The notes beneath the pieces were generated by a model. That model worked only from the letters and a program-made list of their open reading frames with translations, was not told the origin of the DNA and did not search any database. From the human T2T-CHM13v2.0 reference genome, Homo sapiens: 64,000 bases of DNA. The translations under genes and the position numbers were made by a program. Each line of letters starts with the position of its first letter. Position 1 is the first letter of the stretch. Of this stretch, positions 43,877 through 57,938 are shown piece after piece. The stretch lies in assembly GCF_009914755.1 (NCBI RefSeq), contig NC_060927.1; one strand, written 5' to 3'.

Positions 43877-46651
43877 ACCCATTGCTTTAAACATATTTAA
43901 CATCTCTGGGCTACTATTTTCTATTCAATTGTTGGTCTACTCCACTAGGATATATGTGAGGTCCTTTAATTCAGAATAATACCTTATTCAGCTGTGCAAT
44001 AAGAAATGGCTGAAAAAATGATCATTCCTTCTCCTTTTTCATTATTACTTTTCTTTGACCAAAGAATGCTATTGCTCTAACAAGAAATGTACCAATTCTG
44101 ATGAAGTCTGTAGCTTGGTAAAAATCACAGGGGAGGAATAAGACCACTATCTAACCAATGTATTTGCTAACATACCATAGAAAGATAAAACATAATTTTA
44201 AAAAGTGCAATGCTCTGGGGCAAATATTTTGAAAAAGATCAGGCCTAGGAAAGAAAACAGTTCTGAACCTAAGGAGGTTAAAGTTTTGGACCCACATCTA
44301 TTATCTGAGTAATAAATTTCCACTGTAAGGAATAAAAAAAAAAGAAAAGAAAACATGGTAAGTCCAACAAAAGACAAGAAAGGGATGAAACACCAACAAC
44401 AAAAAAGCACAGTAAACATAAGAGAGACATGGAATAAGACCAAACACAGTAAAAGTAAATATAATTGACTAAATTACCCCTTAAAAAGACAGGGTAATTT
44501 TGAGTTAAAAAACGTTTTCAGTTTTCAGAAAATGTTCATAAAATTTCCATTCCTAAGCTGTCAATCAGGGATATGATAAAATAAATGGACACAGAATGAT
44601 TGGAACCAAAATATGCAACTATATATAAATACATATTTTAAAAATAGCAGAAGTAAAACATTTAACTCAATTAATATTAATTATTAACAAGTAATATATT
44701 CAAAATAGTATTAAAATTATATTTCATACTGGTAAAATATACAGTCAACCAAGAAAATTCAATAGTCATTAATCATCAAGCATCTAATGAACCAGCTTGT
44801 AAATATATAAAAAAGGAATCTCATGGAGGGGCAAGGAGAAAAGAAATTCTACAATCATAGTCAACTATTTAAACAAAGATCTATCACAAATTAGAAAATT
44901 AAGTTGCTCAAAATAAGAATATAGGTGAGTAGAATAATTTCAATTTAATCACAATTGATGTGTGGAGAACTTTGTATCCAATATCTACCAATTTAAAAAA
45001 TAATACATTTCAAACTTTTTTTAAAAAAGATAATATATTTTAAAGATCTTTTTAAAAAAGATATAGATATATATATATATGAGAAGAAAAAGAGAGAAAA
45101 GTAGTAGATTGATTAATAAAACCAAATGCTGATTCTTAAAAATATCAATGAAACTGAAAAACTTAGGGAAATTCTAAATAATATCCTTCCCCAAAGGGAT
45201 GACACACAGGTAACATTACAAGTGAGAAAGGGACTATAGACATGAAGAAGTTTCAACATGTTTCAAAAGAATACTTAGTAAACATCATACTGAAATATGT
45301 AAATATTAAGTTTGATTTCCTAAAAGGTATTGACTCAAAAACTGGCAGAAAAACTAAATAGATCAATATACATAGAAATTGAAATGTAAATTAATTAAAT
45401 ATTTACCTTGCTATAAAAAGTCTCCTGGCCCAGACAGCTTTATGGGGAAGTTCTACTAAACCTTAAAGTTTCAACTTATATAAATTTTTCTGGGGCATAG
45501 AAAACAACAGAAAAACTTCCAATTTCATACTTTCACTCACCTTGATACTAAAGACTCACCTTGATACTAAAACCAGAAAAAGAGAACACAGAAAAAAAAG
45601 TGTTTAGAACTCTAAAAGAAATATTTTTGAATTATACCTAACAATATATTAGCATGTGAGTTTTACTTCAAATAAAGAAGGAAGTACCTATTATGGGGTA
45701 TCTATTATCTCAACAGATGCTGAAAAAATTTTGTTTAAAATTCAACACTTTTTCCTGATGAAAAACAAACCAAAAAAAAAGTACTACATAGGAATTTCTC
45801 AACCTAAGAAAGCATCTCTTTCAGAAACACTTTGGAAGAATTAATTCTCCATGGACAGTCAATAGAGCCAGTCAACTAAATACAAGGCAAGATGAGGAGG
45901 CACACCACAACCACAAAATACATCTGATGCAAGACCTATTCAATTAAATAAAATGGAAAAAAGTAGAAAATACAAAACTGTTCAGCATTTATTAATGATT
46001 TAACTGTCTACATAAATAATAAAAAAGAATCCACTGAAAAATTGTTAGAATGAATGTAGCTGTTTCATAAGTTGCTGGATATTAAATAAACATAAATCAA
46101 TGGTTTACTCAGAAATAATAAAAATGGAATAAAGAATTTCATATACAATAGCATAAAAAGCCACACAATATCTAGTAATAAACCCAACAAGAAAGCCCTA
46201 TAAACAAAAAATCATAAAACTTTAGTGAAAGACACAAAATAAAAATCTAAATAATGGGAGGCATTCCATGTTCCTAGATGGTGAGTTTTAGTAAGTTTAT
46301 TTTCCCCAAATTAATCTATGAATTCAAAGCCTTCTCAATCAAAACATGAGGAGTTTTAATGAATCCTGACAATTCAAAACATTATATAGAAAAGAGAATG
46401 CTTTTAAATAGTCAAAAACATTTAGAAAAAGACAATAAGGTGTGTCACTCTCACAAAGTACCTGAAGTAACACCCCATGGAATTCATGCCAGAATAAACA
46501 AATCGGTTGACAGAAGGAGAGTTCCTAACAGATCTTGTATATGTCAGTGTAACTTACGGTAAAGGTGATATTCCCAGTCAAAAGCTGGCCCGCTTAATAC
46601 GTGATCACAGGAAGATGAGATAGCCATTTACAGAAGCAAAATAAATCCATA

Positions 46652-47009
46652 GTCTGAGGCGGAGGGTGCCAGCTGTTTCTAAATCCATTTCTTCTGGGGA
46701 ATGCCATGTGACCTGTGGCTGATTTTAGGGAATCCTGCATGAGAGGTAATGGGTACCACTTCCAGACACAACCCAGAAAAACTCACACACGTGCTTCCCC
46801 CTCATCTTTTCTCTCACGTGAACTGCAATAAAAAACGACCCTCTGGCAAGCTTTGCAAACCTAAAATGGCAAATGGCAGAGCTAGAGTTGCCTGGACCCC
46901 CAAAGCACTCTGAAGCCAAGCAGCCCACCTTCCACCCCTAGTCACCATTGGCCTGAACCACCCGGGGTATTTCTTGAGTGAAGCACTTCTATTCTATTCT
47001 GTTGGACTC

Positions 47010-47073
<64 letters not shown>

Positions 47074-47108
47074 ATCTAATTGCCTCAGCAGCTGTGTTCC
47101 CTAACACA
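46652..47108 (+). mobile_element. MLT1 (I/J-like) LTR
   Basis: gccatgtgacc...taccacttccag...aaatggcagagc...cctggacccc; contains (TA)n near its 3' end. Confidence 0.55.
47012..47070. repeat. (TA)29 microsatellite
   Basis: 59 bp of uninterrupted TA alternation. Confidence 0.97.
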
Positions 47109-47497
47109 ATCTATTACACATAATGAATAAAAATTAATCTCGTGGATTAAAGAGATAAGTCAGACACAAAACTGTAAAACAGGAAAGGAAAATGATAATT
47201 AATTTACCTTATAAAATTAAAATCTTCCTTTAGAAAGAAATAATTAATGAAGTTAAAAACAAATGACAGTTTGGGTGAAAATATATGTATCTTACTCAAA
47301 AGGTTGATTTCTATGAGAAAGAACTTATATAAATTAACTTGAAAAGAAAAAAAAAATGCCTAGTAGGAAAAAGGGTAAAGAAATATAAACAGGACACTCA
47401 CAGAATAAGGAATGAAAAGCTACTAAATGTATCAAGCAATTATGAGAAATGTCAAAAAAGAGAGATTTTTTCCCCCTGATTAAAAAAAAAAGAAATT

Positions 47498-47847
<350 letters not shown>

Positions 47848-47947
47848 TCAGAAGAACTGGCCTTGACATGCATTGTTAGAGTGAATGTGGTCCATGGGGT
47901 CTAAATGGAGACAGTCTAGCAGTTTTTACTACATTCAAAAATGCATC

Positions 47948-48284
<337 letters not shown>

Positions 48285-49714
48285 CTAGGTATCTATTATT
48301 TTTAAATACAACTTACTTCTACATTTATGAAAATATTTATAATTACAAGATATTCTCTGGAACATTGCTTGTAATAGCAAACCCCCTCCCCGAATGTACT
48401 GTTTAGTGGAGGAAAGATTAAATAATTTGCCATATATCCATATAATGGCAGACCAGAAATTCAGATACACCCATATGCAATAACATGGAAAGATTTCCGA
48501 AACATATGTATCATAAATAAAACTAACCAAAAGCAATGTATTTACGTTGTTAATTTATATTTTATATCATTTATATTAATATTTTACATTTATATTTTTA
48601 AACATATGCTGCTTATCTATATACATACAGATGTTTGTATAACATATACATACAGATCTGTATGTATAACATATACGTACACGTATATACATATAAATAC
48701 AGAGAAAGGAGGTTCCAAGGAACATACACTGTCCACAGAGGCTGCCTGGGAAGAGAAGTCAGAGTTGGACTAGCAGCAATGGGGGACTTTTATGCCTTGT
48801 CTTATGCGCATCTACACTGTTTACGTCTTAAACGACATATTCAGGTGTTAAAACGGCAAAACCACGATTGCTTTTGAACCAACATAATATTTATGGAAAT
48901 TTTTTTTGTTCAATTCAGAAGTCTTCACTTGATCAGTGTTTCTCCCAGCATGTTCCATAAAACACTGGTCCTGGTCCTCTGAGCTGCTTCATGCAAAATG
49001 GGTTCTGAGATCAAACACATTTTTTCTTCATATTGTCATGTTTCTCTAAAGGGAATGCACTTCCCAATCAATATCAAAATAAATTTTTCAGCTGCCAAGT
49101 AAGAGTAGGTTGTGAAATAACAGTCATTGACTTGTCAAAGGTAACCAAACATTTCTGAGCTGATCATAGACATTTCAAAGCTAGGAAGAACTGGTGTGAC
49201 TGATTTCATGAGTTCTGAAGGTTATCTGTCAGGTTAGATATCAAAAGGTTCTAGCTGCCTTTGAAGGGAAGCTATTTAACTTCCAGCAATATGTAATTAA
49301 ATTAAAGAGGAAAATGAAACTAAACATGTACCTAAATATCAAATGTAGAGCAAAATCCAAGAATTCCTCAATGTGAATCTAATTGCCACTTCTAAGGAGG
49401 GCTCAAGCACTAGCAAAAATACTAAAAAAAACAGCATGTTGTCATGATGTCTTACATTACAACTACCAGCTGTAAGTGATTCAGAACTTTAGGTGCTGTG
49501 TGTGGAACAAAAAAAGAAACGTAGCCTCAAACCAACCAACAACAACAACAAAAAAATGTGGCATCCAATGATACATGTACACTATTGTCAGTTTAAAAAC
49601 GTGTGTATACATTGAATATAGCAGAGGCCTTTTTGGCTTTGTTTTTCTTTTATATGTTTGCTCCCAGAGCTGTTTTTTAAACTGATGATGTCTCTTAACA
49701 CCATCAGTTAAGAG

Positions 49715-50080
49715 ACCTCCTGAACACTGGCGCTGCCTCTGTTACTCGAAAATCCCACACACACTCCAACCTCATAGCCACCTGACCTGATCCTTTTGCT
49801 CAAAAGAGCCTTCATGGACCACCTTATATAAAAGCGAGGCTCAACCTTGACCCCAGCACTCCCTATCCCCCTTCCCTGCTTTATTATTTTTGTAGCACTT
49901 ATCATTATTTGACTTACTCTATAGTTTACATATTTGCTTGTTGTCTATTCTTTCCCACTAGAAATTAGGCAGAGATTTTTTTTTACTCTCTTTACTCCTG
50001 CATCCCTAATCCCTTTAACAGTGCCTAACATATACTAGGTAGTCAATAAATATTTCTTGAATGAATAAATAAATGAATCT
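49715..50080 (+). mobile_element. L2a 3' end
   Basis: ctttattatttttgtagcacttatca...acagtgcctaacatatactaggtagtcaataaatatttcttgaatgaataaat. Confidence 0.8.
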
Positions 50081-50188
50081 TAAAATCAATGATCTATATG
50101 AATTGAGAGGCTAAAATCATTCTGGAGATACAGTAGGCTCATCAGCAAATTAAATTCTTTAACAGGCAATGCTGCTTTTAAAAAGCTA

Positions 50189-50545
<357 letters not shown>

Positions 50546-50917
50546 TTATTTTTTCTCGTATAACATTAAAATACAGTTCAACTAGTATTCTGTATAAAAC
50601 ATTTTCGAAAAGAGGAGATACTCTAAAAATCTATTAAGTTCTACAATTAATTATTTTAAAATATGGCACCCTTTCAGTCCTTCTTACTCTTTTTCTTCCT
50701 CCTCTCTCTCGCTATGTTCTCTCTTACCTATGCCTCTCTGGTTCTAGTACAACACTGTATTATTTAAAGACATAGAAGTCATGGAATCACATTCAGGGCA
50801 CAAGGTATAAATTGAAAACAAATTTGAACTGATTTGAAAAATATGTAAAATAATAAATTGACAGTAATTACACTAATGCAGAAGAGTTCTGTGCTAAGGA
50901 TATTTTGCACTGAATTT

Positions 50918-50966
50918 TACATTTTAGTCAAGATAAACAGAAACAGTTCTTCTGCCAGAAAAACAG
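50918..50966 (+). repeat. 49-bp segment duplicated exactly at 59593-59641
   Basis: tacattttagtcaagataaacagaaacagttcttctgccagaaaaacag identical at both sites. Confidence 0.97.
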
Positions 50967-51375
50967 AAACCATTTCAAGTTTTTACAACAGAGAATTTTT
51001 AATGCAAGAAATTGGTTACAGGGGTGATAGACTAAGAAGCCAAACCAGGGACAGTGAGGCAGCCCAGATATAAGCAACAGCAAAAAGCCCCTGAGACACT
51101 GAGAGCTGGGGGTCCTGAGAAGCCCCCAGAGCCCAACAGCCAGGGATGCCTGGCAGAAGGAAACTCAGCCAATGCCAGAGACACTGCCCAAAGAGAAGAG
51201 GGAATGTTCTAGCCTCTTCCCTCTTCCTAAGCTTTGAACTCACACAAGTGCCTCCCTTTAGCTGAATCCGTTGACATGGGATCCTGAGAAATGCAGCCTG
51301 CAGGAGTCAGTTTCTCTGTGATGCAGACTAAAACCAGAAGAGTAAGGAGAGGTAAGCAGTCCCAGTACTGGCTCA
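50920..51375 (-). mobile_element. Old LTR (LTR78/79-like)
   Basis: aaacagaaaccatttcaag...aacagagaatttttaatgcaagaaattggttaca resembles the recalled consensus end. Confidence 0.5.
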
Positions 51376-53619
51376 GCTACATATTTCATTTAATGTAAAC
51401 CACACATGAACATTTGCCTGAGCTTTCGGTTATGACCTAAGTCTAACCAAAGATTAAAAACAAAAAGAAGAGCATGTTAAATCCAGCTCCCTCCCAAAAG
51501 TCGTATTATTAATTTTAATGCTCAGTTGTGACAAACTTGTTAGCATACCCTTGCAATCAAATGGATATAAAGTATCAATTACATTAAGTATGTGTGAAAA
51601 CAATATTGATAAAACTGTTTTAATTATGTACGACAACAGAACTAATATCCTACCATTGAAATTTAATTTTAATATTCCATACCTGTTCTTTTTATTTTAA
51701 TAATCCACATTTTTTTAAGTTGGGATCCAACACTGTCATAGTAGATATCACTTTAGTAAATTCTAAGTTTTTTCTATAACATACTATTACCTTTAATCAC
51801 TGTAGCAACATAATTTATTAAATAATGTTTCTCTTTACTCAAACTGGCTAAAAGTGCCTTACATGAAATCCTCAAGAAGAACAATATGGAAGCCATCTGC
51901 AGTAGACCATGCAATAGACCAAGAACTTTATTAATAATAGACCATAAGCTAGAATAAAATAATTAAAATATAGCAATTGGAAAAAAATTTTATGGGCAAC
52001 AAACTGAAAACCATTTTATTTTAAAATACCCTAGGTGTGGATATTGTATTTAAAAATACCCTCGCTGAGAAACAGCAACCAGAGTTATCTTGCATATACC
52101 AATAAAAGATGAAGGTGGCTTTCATATTATGATTTTGTTCTTAAGAAAATTGTTAGGCAATTTATGGATAGAGCCACAAGCCATCACAAGTAACAAATGG
52201 ATTTAATTATTATGAGAGTAAGTCGACTGTTTCATTGCATTCATGGACTTAAATCATATGTTATTTCCAAAAGAGATTCAACATGGATTAAAACAAAAGT
52301 GCAATATAATAAAACTAAGCTATTAACCCAGAATTAAAGGTACAGTAATAATTAAAGTTTAAAAAGTAAGTCATGAAACTCTTGCTAAAAAAAAAAAAAA
52401 AAAAAATTATGCCTGAGCATCCTAGAAGCAGAAACAGGGAAAGTGTTGGGTTTTGCAGCACTCGGGGTCAAATTAAAGGGAATGTATGTGCCCTCAATGA
52501 AAAGGGCGGTGAAGTATCAATCACATTTTCAGCCTTAGTCAGGTTGAACAGTGACAGCATCACACTGAACTCTGACAGAAAAAAAAAATTGGCTTGATCT
52601 CTTGATCTCAGTCATGTTAAAGGCAAAAAATTCCAGGGACATTGATATGATTCCTTAGAGATTCAGTGATATTTGTCTGAGTGGTAACCATCCTAATCTT
52701 ATAAAATTCCCACTTTAATTCATTGTCTATGTCTTCAGTAAAATGTATGATTGTATGCATAATTTTTTTTCAAAATTATGTTACTGATTCCAGGAGAGCA
52801 AAATGATTATTTTTGGATATTGAGAGAACTGTCATGACAAAGATTTTGGTAAAAATCAAGCTGTGAATGAGTAGAAACAACTTAATAATTCAAGAACTTA
52901 AAATGAATAATTTTGCATTGGAAAACAGATTTGGAAATCCCAATCATTTTGGCACAAAGTTTAATTTTGGTGTAATGAGCTTGTTTATAGGCATAACATG
53001 GAAGTAGATCACTATTGCCATCTCCTGGCAAGCAAACCACATGACCACAGTTTAAATCTTTTTGGAGAGCCACATATTGTGAGAAAGCAAGATTACCCCA
53101 TAAATAGGCAATAAAGTATAGGATATTTATTGTAAGACCATCATTGGATTTTTATTCTTTATTTCTATAAGACCTTTACAAAAACCCATTAGAGTTGATA
53201 AATAGTAACGTTTGTTTTATGAGCTCTTTATATTGAACAGGAATTCTGCTTGATATGACTCTTTAAATGCATATGATGGATCTACCTGCGATTGAAACAA
53301 ATATTAGAAATGCTTCAAAAAGAAAACTTAGAAAGTGTTTGCAATGCATTGGTAGAAAGCAGCCAGCATTGTCCCTACCACTGCATACAGCCCAGAAAGT
53401 GACAGGTAGCTTTCTACCACATAATAAAGCTGATGGGATGGCTAACAGCTTGAACAGCATTAATTCATCTTTCTGCTGTGGGGGCTTTCACCAGAGATTA
53501 ATCATACACTCCCTCCAACTTGCCTTCTCATCTTGCTGTGTTTCTGTTTAATTTCTCTTTCTTACTATGTTCTCCTTTGCAATCTGTTGCCGCTGTTGCA
53601 TTGAACCCCCTTCCCTCTC

Positions 53620-53795
53620 CTCCTCACATCTGGACATCAGATCGTCAGCTGCCTCCAAGCCTGGTTCATGCACTCCCTGCCTGAGACGTCAGCTGAGCCA
53701 TTTATGAACTAGATGTCACTCAAGTCTGCAAGCTGTGCTCCAGGGTATCATCCTGTCTTAGAGACTCCAAGTTCTTGCAGCTGCTGAGTAAAAAA
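53620..53795. promoter_or_regulatory. Candidate enhancer: E-box / half-CRE cluster
   Basis: CATCTG 53627-32, CGTCAGCTG at 53643-51 and 53687-95, CAGCTG 53778-83 in TE-poor DNA; motif matches only. Confidence 0.3.
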
Positions 53796-54569
53796 GGAGA
53801 ATGAGATGTGGCTTCAAGCTATTACCCTCCAGATCAGAATGCCACGTTCCATATAGTTCTGAGGCTTGACATGTCATCTTATCAAACTAATCATTTCGTC
53901 AAGGATGAGCATAATAGCGAACTTCCACAAGATGGGTTGAAAACACCAAGACAATTGACATAAAAAAAAAATCTTCTGAAGTCATTCTTTGGAGGAAGAA
54001 AGAAAATGCATTGTTTTTGTTGTTGTTTTACTTATCACATTGATCATAAATTCTTCCTAATCTAAATTCCATTCCCCACCAACCCACCAACTAGCTCAAG
54101 GTCACATTTAGCTTACACTAAGGTGAAACAGGAACGAACATTTGAGAAAAAAACCTGGACTTTAGCTTTGATGTATAAAATCACTCCAGTTCAGTGTCTT
54201 CGTGGTCCTCTGTTGAAGTTTCATATTGCCTGCCTGTTGCATCCCTAGTTAAGGCAATTTCCTGAAGAGCCAACCTTGGGAAAACAATAGAAGAAAATCA
54301 TCTTCTATACCTGGAGTTAGAAAACTGATGAAGCCAAAGTACAGAGGGAAGATCAAAGGGAATGACTCCTATAAAATATGCCCAATTTCTGAATTACAAA
54401 TGACCACTCACTCAGGGAACCTTCCCCTTATAGAGAGAAATTCAGATAAATCAATAAAAAGAAAATCCTCACAGAAATAAGAAAAAGATTTTGAAAGGAG
54501 GAAGAGAGGTCAAAATAATTAAAGGTTATAGCAATAATCTTTCAAAGCAATAATAGCATTAAAGTTCGC

Positions 54570-54750
54570 ATATATGGCGCTTACTATGTGCTAACCATGC
54601 CTGTCATCATTTCACATGTATAAATTCATTCAATTCTCACAACAATCCTATTATCTCCATGTTAAGACATAAGGAAACAGGCACAAAGAGACTTGGAAAC
54701 ACACATGGTAGATTCACGATTCCAACCCACGTGGTCTGACTCTTAACCAC
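54570..54750 (-). mobile_element. MIR
   Basis: gcttactatgtgcta...attctcacaacaatcct...aaggaaacaggcac...gtctgactc. Confidence 0.7.
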
Positions 54751-55284
54751 TGAATTAGTCAGGGTTCTCCAGAGACACAGAACCAATAGGATATATAAAT
54801 AGATGAGAGGGAATTTGCTAGGGAAGTTGGCTCATTACAGAAGATGAGGCGTCCCAGGCAATCTGCAAGCTGGAGATCCTGGGATGCTGGTAGCATGGTT
54901 CAGTCCAAGTTTGAAAGCCTCAGAACCAAGGATGCTGATGATATAATTCTCAGCCCGAGGTTGAAGGCCTGGGAACCTAGGGAGCCATTAGTGTGAGTCG
55001 TGGAGTCCAAAGGCCAGAAAGCCTGGGGTTCTGATGTCCAAAGGCAGGAGAAATGTGGCCCAGATGCAAGAAAGAGAGAGAAACAAGTAATTGCCTTCCC
55101 TCTGCCTTTTTCGCCAACTGGATGGTACCTGCCTATGCTGAGGGTAAATCTTCCTCAGTCAGTCCACTAACTCACACACCAGTCTTCTCTGGAAACACCC
55201 TCATAGGTACACCCAGAAGTGACATTTTACCAGTTCCAAGGTATTCCTTAATCTAGTCAAGTTGACACCTAAAATTAGCCATCA
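54751..55284 (-). mobile_element. MLT2B-type ERVL solo LTR
   Basis: tgaattagtcagggttctccagagacacagaaccaatagga...gtcaagttgacacctaaaattagccatca; flanks accac/atcac. Confidence 0.88.
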
Positions 55285-55361
55285 ATCACTACCATTAAGC
55301 TCTTCTAATTCTCCTAAGTGTATCGATATTTGTGTCTATCTATGTCTATATTTTGGAAACT

Positions 55362-55364
<3 letters not shown>

Positions 55365-55397
<33 letters not shown>
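55365..55397. repeat. (CT)n microsatellite
   Basis: About 16 TC units. Confidence 0.9.
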
Positions 55398-55400
<3 letters not shown>

Positions 55401-55573
55401 TTCCCCCTCCCTTTCTCTGTGCTGTGTTCAACTACTAAAATGAATAGGATATGGGCTAGCTTTTCCCTTCTATGGATAGATTAACCAAAGCTGAGGTCCA
55501 GGAGCCCCTAAGTGGCAGAGCTATGATATAAATCCAAATCCCATGCCTTCCCTCCATACCTCACTGCCTTCCA

Positions 55574-56338
55574 GGATGCTAAGGCCATGAAAATTGACTG
55601 CTCAGATCTCAAGCTGCAAGGACAGTTTTCTGAGAGCCTCAACTATGGCCCCTCTGTATCTACCACCACATTTGTACTGAGGTCACACTTCTGGGCTGCT
55701 CTCAACTAGTGACTGAGCACATCAGGGGTATTTATGTGGGCATATTCCTGCCATAAAACAGGACTACCCAACTGGGAGACTTGGGCTCAAGTGCTCCTTG
55801 TGATCTTGCTTGAAACTTTCTTAGAAGAGCCTTACCAGCCTTCCTACCCAATCTTCTTCTCTTACTTCTCCACATTCACATGTGTCAGATCAGCATCAAG
55901 GTGTGGGTTTCTCTCTTCGTGCTCCCACTCTATCCACCCCCCTTTACTTTTTTTAGCCTCAAGTTAGCTATTGTATTTATGTGTAAGGTGTATAATGTGA
56001 CTTCTTTCAAATAAAAATTCTGTATATTTGTCATGTACATACAACATGATATTTTGAAACATGTATACATTGTGGAATGGCTAAATGAAGCTAACTGACA
56101 TTCATTACCTCACATGCTTATCTTTTTGTGTGGTGAGAACACTTAAAATCTACACTCTCAGCAGTTTTAAGAATGCAATACATTATTGTTAACTGTAGTC
56201 ACCATGTTATATGATAAATCTCTTTAATTTAGTCCACCTCCTCCTCCCTTTATCTTTTGTAGGCATTTTTTCCTAATATATCATTTGCCATACCTCATCC
56301 CAATTTGAGCTTTGCTTCTGACAAAGTCAAATTAACAC
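55574..56338 (+). mobile_element. LTR16A-like ERVL LTR interrupted by L1MA
   Basis: gactgagcac...ggcatattcctgcc...ctcaagtgctcc...gaaactttcttagaa; 3' end cctaatatatcatttg...aattaacaca. Confidence 0.6.
55943..56232 (-). mobile_element. L1MA (about MA8/9) 3' end
   Basis: tgtatacattgtggaatggctaaa...attacctcaca...tggtgagaacacttaaaatctac. Confidence 0.85.
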
Positions 56339-56488
56339 ACAGACCAGCCTAATATCTTCAGAAATTCATTTCAGTAGATATATAAGAATACAGATATCTA
56401 TTATTTTAGACATGTTATTTTTATTTAACTGTTTTAGATATGTTGGGTTCAATAAATCACATATAGAAAATGTAATGATAGAATGGAA

Positions 56489-56856
56489 TGATATGGTTAG
56501 GCCTTGTGCCCTCACTCAAATATCATCTTGAATTGTAATCCCTACGTGTGGAGGAAGGGACCTGATTGGAGGTGATCGGATCATGAAGCGGTTTCCCCCA
56601 TGCTGTTCTCGTGACAGTCAGTGAGTTCTCATGAGATCCGATGGTTTTAAAGTGTGGCAGTTCCCCTTTGCTCACTCTCTCTCTCCTGCCACTTTGTGAA
56701 GAAGGTGCTTACTTTTCCTTCACCTGCCATGATGGTAAGTTTTCTGAGACCTCCACAGCCATGCAGAACTATAAGTCAATTAAACCTCTTTCATCCATAA
56801 ACTACCAAGTATCAGGTAGTATCTCCTCTATAACAGTATGAAAATGGACTAATACA
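56489..56856 (+). mobile_element. THE1D-like MaLR solo LTR
   Basis: tgatatggtt...aaaatggactaataca; 5-bp TSD tggaa at 56484-88 and 56857-61. Confidence 0.93.
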
Positions 56857-57938
56857 TGGAAGAAACACAAGAACAAAGCACTTACAATAATTATGCCTTG
56901 ACCTATTGTAGATCTAAAGGATACATGCTAAAGCTTCTCTGGAATAAAAATTAGCAAGAGGCTAAAATATGAGGGCTCACAACCAATAACAACCAGATTC
57001 ACAGAATGGTATTGTTCAAGAGTCTCCAGGAGCACTTTGCACATTCTTGCAAACATTTACATGACAATGAGACAGCAAAAATATACTGAAATCCTTTCAC
57101 AGAGAAGAAAAATTTATAGTTATCTGACCTTATACATCTCCATGTCCTATAATTTAGATAATAACTAGTAACATATTATTTCCATGATATTCTATGATTT
57201 ATGATGACCCCGAGGCATTTAGCTTTTCTTACGTATAGATCTCAAAACTTATTCTATTTTTGATGATCTATTCTCTTCTTTGCCAGAGGGCTTATCTTGA
57301 ATTTTCCTTCAGTACTACATGACCCTGGGAACTTAGTGGCCATCTTAACTCCCAACACCCAGATATTTAACATATAGAGGAAATGCCAACATTCACTCAG
57401 CACCAACATTGTCTGATGAATCACATTGGGAATCATGAGGTGTAAGAGGCTCTTGTGGGCCTTCAGTGGTACTGATTATGACCATTGAATATTCAAATCA
57501 TTTCAAATCAGCATGACATCTTTGTCAATCGATACAATTATACTCGAATAGGATTCAACTTTGGCTGAATTATCATAAAGATCAGTTACAGCATTATAGC
57601 AATGGAGCCGATTAGTGTTAGTTAGGAACTGGGCCTCTGTGATGATGGGAAAGAATGCTCTAATACATCTGTACTCTGTTCCAGTGATATGGCGGCAATA
57701 AAGTATTGATTGGCTAAGTAATTGAAAGTCCAAATCACATGTAACTGAGGAAAAAGACAAACATAAGAATATAAACAAAATCTTATTTTGTTGAAAAATG
57801 ATCCTATGTGATTCAGACTGCTAAAGAATCCATCTCATACTTGTGTAATGACACTGTAGACCCTGGCAATACAGTTTAGAATAATAAGATATGGTCATGA
57901 TATGGTGTGATTTTGTAAAAAAAAGGCAGTACACTAAG

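Noticed and set aside
53861-53876. gaggcttgacatgtca as a p53 response element
   Set aside because: Does not form two proper RRRCWWGYYY decamers.
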